The notes below the pieces were generated by a model, which saw nothing but the letters and a program-made list of their open reading frames with translations, ran no database searches and had not been told where the DNA came from. From the IMG/VR virus record IMGVR_UViG_3300012922_000007, positions 14,531 through 78,530 of that record: 64,000 bases of DNA; one strand, 5' to 3'. Source of the stretch: a virus. The position numbers and the translations under genes are program-made. Positions 58,163 through 64,000 of the stretch are shown in pieces (position 1 is the first letter of the stretch; every line of letters begins with the position of its first letter).

Positions 58163-58894
58163 TTAGGCTCCGAATACATCGCCCTGAGTAAATCCTAATA
58201 TAGGAAGTGTTTTAAATCCAACTGCCGCTCCTGCAAAATTTGTTTGAGATCCTGGCGTAAATGCCGTGGATTGCGCTCCCGCAGGAACATTTAGAGCATA
58301 TTGAAGCTGGCCTGTAGTAGCTACTCCCATATTTATGCCTAGTATATATCCAGCTCCCGCTGTAGCATTTGCAGAGTTTCCAGAGAATCCAACTAGTACG
58401 AGGTCGGTTTTAGTCGTGGTCATTGTACCCACGGTAGGTGTTCCAGTGCTCTGAGCAACTGCCCTCGTAACGTCTACAGGACTAGATGTAGCTATACCGG
58501 AGAACTCATATAGTGCGAATTCAACAGACATTGTTGCGGTGAAGCCGCTTCCAGAAATATTATGTGTAGCAGTAGTTGTTATACCGGGAGCAATAGAAGG
58601 AGCGTTTGCCCTATATAAGATTCTTAGTCCGCCTGCCGTAGTTCCTGGAGTTGTAGTCCACGAGTTCAAAGTCGCTTCTGTCCAGGTTATTCCGGAAGTA
58701 ATCGCGGCGAGTTGGCCTGCGCCTACACTGCTCGTGGTAGAAGAGAGTCTTCCATAGACTACGCACACTAGAAGACTTCCTGCAGTAGTCGTGGACGAAA
58801 AACCAACGGCTGAAGAAGTTAACGTCCACGGAGCCGCAGTAGGGCCTCCTGTCGCGCTACCGCCTATATTCGATTGTAGAAGGCTCATTGACAT
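58163..58894 (-). CDS. Thr/Ser/Gly-rich virion/tail protein
   Basis: composition; TTTAGSLLV and YEFSGI motifs. Confidence 0.55.
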   Translation of the reverse strand: MSMSLLQSNIGGSATGGPTAAPWTLTSSAVGFSSTTTAGSLLVCVVYGRLSSTTSSVGAGQLAAITSGITWTEATLNSWTTTPGTTAGGLRILYRANAPSIAPGITTTATHNISGSGFTATMSVEFALYEFSGIATSSPVDVTRAVAQSTGTPTVGTMTTTKTDLVLVGFSGNSANATAGAGYILGINMGVATTGQLQYALNVPAGAQSTAFTPGSQTNFAGAAVGFKTLPILGFTQGDVFGA

Positions 58895-58896
58895 AA

Positions 58897-59529
58897 TTAA
58901 GGAATACTTATGTTCAAAGCGACGTTTATTCTTGTAACTGTAGAAACCGAATTTAACGAAAATTGTATTTCGTCACCCGCCACAATTGCAGTTGAACCCC
59001 AACCTGATAAAGAGAGGTCTTCATTTTTCTGAGACGCGGTTAAACTTGGTTTATCACTTCCAGCGATGCTTACAGTCGCAGGAAATCCGGCGTATGACGA
59101 CCTGAGAACATCCACTACACATGAACCACTTACGTCTGCTGTAATTACCCATCCCGTCAAAGTACAGGGAAAAGGAATTGATAATTGACCTTTTGCTCCT
59201 GTTGAGGGAACCGCACCACCGCCGTCGATTGTATAAGAGATTACTGCTGTTCTAGACACTGTAGTTCCTTCCCATACAAAGACTCCGTTAACATCATAAA
59301 CTTTAAGATCGTAGAAAGTACCCGAGGGCGTTAGCTGGTCGCTTGACCATAGATTGAATGCAACCGTCGATCCAGAATTATTAAGTTGACCTCGGACTTT
59401 TAACCCCGCAGTAACCTGAGAACCATCCGAACTTACAGCATCCTCGGACAAAGTTGCGATCACGTATCCATTGGATACAGGAGTTCCGTCCGGATTCTGG
59501 AAAATCATCGAGACGTTTGTAGGGGGCAT
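58897..59529 (-). CDS. tail fibre-like protein
   Basis: shared anchor domain; IDGGGAV.STGAKG..IPFPCT.TGW C-domain. Confidence 0.6.
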   Translation of the reverse strand: MPPTNVSMIFQNPDGTPVSNGYVIATLSEDAVSSDGSQVTAGLKVRGQLNNSGSTVAFNLWSSDQLTPSGTFYDLKVYDVNGVFVWEGTTVSRTAVISYTIDGGGAVPSTGAKGQLSIPFPCTLTGWVITADVSGSCVVDVLRSSYAGFPATVSIAGSDKPSLTASQKNEDLSLSGWGSTAIVAGDEIQFSLNSVSTVTRINVALNISIP

Positions 59530-59972
59530 CAGAGCGCTGCAATTTTAATATGAAGATTATAGTTCATAGCAGCCGCAGCGTTACTAGCGTAACCAAAAGC
59601 GTACGTAACATTGGTGGCTGCCTTGCAATTAAGAAGAATCGGAACTCCAAGAAGAACCGTTGTAGTAGTATTTCCTGTACTTGTCGTGGCTATTGTTCCT
59701 GCGGCTATCTGAGCAGCCGCTGTAATAGTTTGTACTACGGTGTCTGGATCGGTATAGACAATTGTTAGCGCTCCTAGCGTAGAACTAGTTCCGGCAGCCG
59801 TTGTAACTTTAGCATCCCAGTTAAGCAAATATTGGCCAGAAACAACAATTGCAAAAAGAGTAGTCGTAGTAATAGCCGCAGTCTGGGCGGTAAGATCTAC
59901 AGACGCTTGATTTATCGGAACACCTGTTTGGATTGTAATCTGCTCCGCCGAATTGATCTTTTTTGTTGCCAT
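59529..59972 (-). CDS. Thr/Ala-rich virion protein
   Basis: composition and position in the operon. Confidence 0.55.
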   Translation of the reverse strand: MATKKINSAEQITIQTGVPINQASVDLTAQTAAITTTTLFAIVVSGQYLLNWDAKVTTAAGTSSTLGALTIVYTDPDTVVQTITAAAQIAAGTIATTSTGNTTTTVLLGVPILLNCKAATNVTYAFGYASNAAAAMNYNLHIKIAAL

Positions 59973-60793
59973 CAGAAGACCACCTCAAGAAAATCACCAG
60001 TTAATGGTGCGGTTGTCATCGCAATAGTCCATACACCACTAACTAGATTTAAGAAATAATTTGACCCCGCAGTTTGATACAACCCGTTCAAGAACGTGTC
60101 AATATAAATATTGGGGTTGCTAGGAGTTCCACCCACTATTGTAAAATTTGTAGTTACGCCGTCCGTAGCCGGTGTCGTGGCATACAGATTCCTGGTCGTC
60201 TGTTCATCTGGGGCAAATACTGCTTCCAAAGCATCTCCGGTTGTTGGCGCCGTAGTAAATACTACTGTCCAGACTCCACTCATACGGTTTAATGTATAAT
60301 TGGTAGTCGGCGTTTGCAAAATACCGTTGACATAAATATCTACATACGAGGACGCTGGTAGATCCGCTGGAAACGAGAATGATGTGGTTACCGAATCTGC
60401 AGCAGGAGTCAACGTGTATATGAATCTATTTCCGTTTGGATTCGAAAATACAACATCGATTACATCGCCGGAAGCCGGTGCCGTACTAAAAAGAATTGAC
60501 CCCGGACTTGGAAACGTATAGTTAGTATTAAGAGTCTGTAGAATACCATTTACATATACATCGGCATACAACAATGACAAACCCGAGGGAAAACCAACTA
60601 TTGTAAAAGTTTGAAACGATCCATCCGGGGCAGGTGTTACAGAATATGCTTTACGAGAGTTCTGACTCCCTCCGGAAGCGGACAATGTAACTGATCCGCC
60701 GATAGGAACAAATCCTCCGCCGCTAAGTCCCGAGCCAGCTAGGACGGAGACCCCGCTTGTGTTACTTATTGGTAACGGATATAATTGACCCAT
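59972..60793 (-). CDS. tail protein with three tandem ~70-aa repeats
   Basis: Y..TPA.D....F...D.Y.NG..QT...NY......TAP..GD....VF x3. Confidence 0.65.
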   Translation of the reverse strand: MGQLYPLPISNTSGVSVLAGSGLSGGGFVPIGGSVTLSASGGSQNSRKAYSVTPAPDGSFQTFTIVGFPSGLSLLYADVYVNGILQTLNTNYTFPSPGSILFSTAPASGDVIDVVFSNPNGNRFIYTLTPAADSVTTSFSFPADLPASSYVDIYVNGILQTPTTNYTLNRMSGVWTVVFTTAPTTGDALEAVFAPDEQTTRNLYATTPATDGVTTNFTIVGGTPSNPNIYIDTFLNGLYQTAGSNYFLNLVSGVWTIAMTTAPLTGDFLEVVF

Positions 60794-61515
60794 TAGCTAG
60801 CCGTCGGTGTAAAGGTTATCGTTACTACTATTGAACTCGCCGACGCTCCTATATTAGTTACTGTTGTGTAAATTGAACTCGTTTGAGGCGAATCACCATT
60901 TGATCCCGGAACGTCTGGAGAACATATCCAATCCAGTTCACTGGCCTGTAATAGATACCAATCACCGATAATTCCGTTTTCTGTGCCAATTACAACAGCC
61001 TGCGTGAATGGTCTAGAAAGGTCAGCGTTCTGTGTCGCAGCAGTTTTATACAACTCCACTCTCGCGGGGGCGCTAACTGCAACCCGCATACACTGGAACC
61101 CCTTGGCAATCTGGACAATTGTTGGATAAACTTGTCCAACAATTAGAGCCGGAGTTACCAATGCCGTAGTCTGGACCAACGGCGCAGTCGTCGTAGTAGT
61201 CGAAGTTCTTGACGAGGTAACGATATTCGTTACAGATGTTCCACCAGCACCGGAGGCCAACGACGATAGTGTCGGAGGAGACAGCACTCTATACTGAGGA
61301 GCTTGACCACCTCGATAATATTGTCGTAGATTATCCGGACTTACATTAATAGGAGGAGTCGGGCACCTTAGGTTAACATTAGACTTGACGCTATAAATTT
61401 GGTCCGGATTCGTATACGGAGGCGGTGTTAGATCTGTTGCCGGAGATATGGGGTGTTCAATATCAAACTTCGCCGGATCTAGCGGTCGAGTTGCTTCAGC
61501 TAAAGTTGGCATCAC
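60793..61515 (-). CDS. virion/tail protein
   Basis: ARVELY.T..Q.AD.SR motif; position in the operon. Confidence 0.55.
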   Translation of the reverse strand: MMPTLAEATRPLDPAKFDIEHPISPATDLTPPPYTNPDQIYSVKSNVNLRCPTPPINVSPDNLRQYYRGGQAPQYRVLSPPTLSSLASGAGGTSVTNIVTSSRTSTTTTTAPLVQTTALVTPALIVGQVYPTIVQIAKGFQCMRVAVSAPARVELYKTAATQNADLSRPFTQAVVIGTENGIIGDWYLLQASELDWICSPDVPGSNGDSPQTSSIYTTVTNIGASASSIVVTITFTPTAS

Positions 61516-63998
61516 ATCTCCGGAATAAACGTGCCGACCAGCGTATATCCGATGACCTCGTTCCCAAAATTCTCAGCAGGCCAATCAATTCGTACTTGTA
61601 TATGACGACAATATGCGGGAAGCTGGGTCTCAGAGAAATACAACCTCCTGGAATATATAGATCCAGACTGAGGCAAGATTGCAGGATCGGGGCCAGGTCT
61701 AACAAGAGCCTCGAACGTTCCAGCAACTTCATCTATTAGAACAGAGAAAGATGGCAATGTTCCGGTAGCGGTGGCGTCAAATGACAAGAAATTAAGTTCA
61801 GCTACTCGGCTAGACTCCGCCAACATAATCGAACCGATCGTGGCATTCGCGGTATACGAAACACCATTATCTTGCCAAGTCGTTAAATCCCTATTCAAAA
61901 TCTTTCCGGTCGAGGCGGGTCCTAGTAGAAGCTTGTGTATTCCTGGAGCAACTTCTATAGACTGAACTGCTTTGACCCCGCCTACAATAGTGGCAAAAGG
62001 AGCCCAAGTATATCCGGATTCCGGAGCAGGGGTCTGAAGAAGTCTGTACCACCCTGTTGTACCATCGGCCACGTACAGAGCCTTGTCCTGTGAACCAGAC
62101 ACGTGCCACGCTACGTAGACATTCTCGGGGTTCCAGTTGGATTCCTCAAACTTGTTACCGATATTGTTACCAACTTCTGAGAATCCTGCGTTAGGGTCCA
62201 AGGACAAAACTTGTCCGTCCGAGGTAAAGAAATTGATAATGACCCCGTTTACTGCCAGAGCGTTGTAAGATAAGAGTCCAACACCGTCAGCATAAGGAAG
62301 AGGGAACAGCGGTTGCTGAGCCGTTCCGTTTCCGGAAATCAGATAGATATCAGACACGGTGAAGATCATGGCTCCGAGGCTGTTCGGAACAATCCTTGTA
62401 ACCTGAGAAGGGAACGTTGCAGAATTGGTTGGAGGGTTGCCCTCGATTCCATTTCCTATAGGAGCATCGGGTCCATCAGTCCAGAATACTACGTTTCCGA
62501 TGGCATAGAAGATGCGATTGAGATGGAAGGCCAATGCCCTCGCACCAGTCGGCGGAGGAGTATTCTCAAAGGCAATTGGAGCCTGCAGAAGGATATTTAG
62601 TCCGGAATCCGGCGTAGTATCGAAGTATCCGTGTGCCTGATACTGGGCCAATGGAACAGTGTATACCGTGTTGCTTACCCCGGCGCTATTAACGCCGCCA
62701 GCTGGATTGGCTCCTCCGGGGATTAGGAATGGTGTAGAACCTCCGTCCTTAGTCCGGAAGATAGCTATATAATCAACCTGAGGATCGATATTAGCAGGTA
62801 ATCCTCCTGATACTTGAACACCTGCCGCACCTCGGAAATTACCAGTAGCTGTACTGGCAAGACCGGCATTAGATACTGTGTTCGTCAGTGTGTTAACAAG
62901 GGCGAGGTAATATGTCCAGCCACCATTAAGAACGGTTAGTGATCCGGCCTGGGTTGATCCGGCAGGACCATTATTCATCCAGATAAGGTCGGCCCCATCT
63001 GGGGTCGTTCCAAACAACGTTGTCGAAAAAGTCGGGGGTCCTGGAGGTGAAGCTTCAGTCACTCCGGTAGAGAATGGAACCTGTATATTTCCATTGCCAT
63101 CCACGATCTGGTTGGATAGAACATAGACCACGCTATTGGGAATATCCCCGCCAGACGAGGTTCGTTTAAAGTTCTTAACAGGGCCTAGGTTATACCACGT
63201 ATACCGGCCCGAGGTCTCCGTAACGCTGGGATATGTTGGCGGCGTAGCAAATGAACTCGCCGGGAATACCGGTGTCGTGGGCTGGGAAATAGCGGCAGCA
63301 CTGAGAACGTCTTTACCATTGATCTGAACGATCATGGTCTGCTCGCTCAGATGCCCGTTTGCGTAATTGAACTCGAAGGTATATGTTCCGGCACCAGGGA
63401 ACAGAATCTGATAAGTGTCGTTGGGCCAGAACCCTGAGTTGTTCTGTCCACCAATCAAGGTATAGCCATTGACTGCCGTCTTACCGGCTCCGCCAGATGA
63501 CACACCCATATCCTGGAATACTTGGAATCCACTTACATAAGAAACAGAGGTGTTTCCAAATCCGAATACCATGCCGTCGTCGTGGTTAATCCTAAACGAC
63601 AGTGTATAGTTTCCGGATGGGATAATGGGAATTACCAATGATCCGGAAATGGACCATCCGTAGTTAGACGTAGCGGCAGCATCAGGAGTAGTAAACCCTG
63701 TAACCGTGTCGGCCCCGTCAATAGTCGATACCCGCATCGGATTGACGTTTGCATCAATCGAGCCGGTTGACCTCGGATCATTATAATTTAGACTGCCTAC
63801 AGAATACGTAGCGACAGGGGCAGACGGGAAATTATGGTTAAAAGCCCCGTTATTCTGTCCATTAAAGTGTCCAAGCGTTACAGCGGTTGCCCCGCCAGAC
63901 AGAGTTATACCACCAACCGCTAACTGGAATAAGCACAGAACTCCTCCAACGGTGGCAGTTATAAACGCTCCACTGGCGTATGACGTACTTGGAGCCCA
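61512..63998 (-). CDS. tail nozzle/stabilisation-type protein with PA14-like domain (5' partial)
   Basis: the frame stays open from 63737 to the window edge (own translation); FRINHDDG..GTYTFEFNY PA14-like motif; propeller-like C-terminus. Confidence 0.6.
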   Translation of the reverse strand, partial: WAPSTSYASGAFITATVGGVLCLFQLAVGGITLSGGATAVTLGHFNGQNNGAFNHNFPSAPVATYSVGSLNYNDPRSTGSIDANVNPMRVSTIDGADTVTGFTTPDAAATSNYGWSISGSLVIPIIPSGNYTLSFRINHDDGMVFGFGNTSVSYVSGFQVFQDMGVSSGGAGKTAVNGYTLIGGQNNSGFWPNDTYQILFPGAGTYTFEFNYANGHLSEQTMIVQINGKDVLSAAAISQPTTPVFPASSFATPPTYPSVTETSGRYTWYNLGPVKNFKRTSSGGDIPNSVVYVLSNQIVDGNGNIQVPFSTGVTEASPPGPPTFSTTLFGTTPDGADLIWMNNGPAGSTQAGSLTVLNGGWTYYLALVNTLTNTVSNAGLASTATGNFRGAAGVQVSGGLPANIDPQVDYIAIFRTKDGGSTPFLIPGGANPAGGVNSAGVSNTVYTVPLAQYQAHGYFDTTPDSGLNILLQAPIAFENTPPPTGARALAFHLNRIFYAIGNVVFWTDGPDAPIGNGIEGNPPTNSATFPSQVTRIVPNSLGAMIFTVSDIYLISGNGTAQQPLFPLPYADGVGLLSYNALAVNGVIINFFTSDGQVLSLDPNAGFSEVGNNIGNKFEESNWNPENVYVAWHVSGSQDKALYVADGTTGWYRLLQTPAPESGYTWAPFATIVGGVKAVQSIEVAPGIHKLLLGPASTGKILNRDLTTWQDNGVSYTANATIGSIMLAESSRVAELNFLSFDATATGTLPSFSVLIDEVAGTFEALVRPGPDPAILPQSGSIYSRRLYFSETQLPAYCRHIQVRIDWPAENFGNEVIGYTLVGTFIPEM

Positions 63999-64000
63999 CG

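Overview
This window is about 64 kb of a tailed dsDNA bacteriophage genome. It looks podovirus-like: ejection/internal-virion-type genes and tail proteins are present, and no tape measure is seen. Capsid, portal and terminase lie outside the window. A long + strand arm (1.7-50.1 kb) starts with small early genes and structured non-coding segments. It continues with a phiEco32-type peptide-ligase module (amidoligase, class II glutamine amidotransferase, ATP-grasp) interleaved with about 10 paralogous Cys/Zn proteins. Next come an ECF sigma factor, family A DNA polymerase, tyrosine recombinase, Bet/RecT, SSB, nucleases and primase-helicase, followed by lysis-type genes, RecA and nucleotide-pool enzymes. 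This arm converges at 50.1 kb with - strand virion genes. An Acidobacteriota host is suggested by a secreted beta-helix protein, a di-heme oxidoreductase and sigma54/IHF-type motifs (inference only). The most unusual signals are: (1) a hairpin-bracketed cassette of an Sm/Hfq-like gene plus a 38-unit GGTCC(T/G/A) hexamer array; (2) the Zn-protein paralog expansion within the peptide-ligase locus; (3) two genome-wide iterated motifs, CGAGGTCAA (at least 44 copies) and the palindrome TCCRGAWTCYGGA (at least 17 copies); (4) a readable four-promoter regulon for the phage ECF sigma plus divergent sigma54 promoters; (5) several large structured RNA candidates, including a T-arm tRNA-like element. All family calls come from motif recognition by eye, and all counts are manual.
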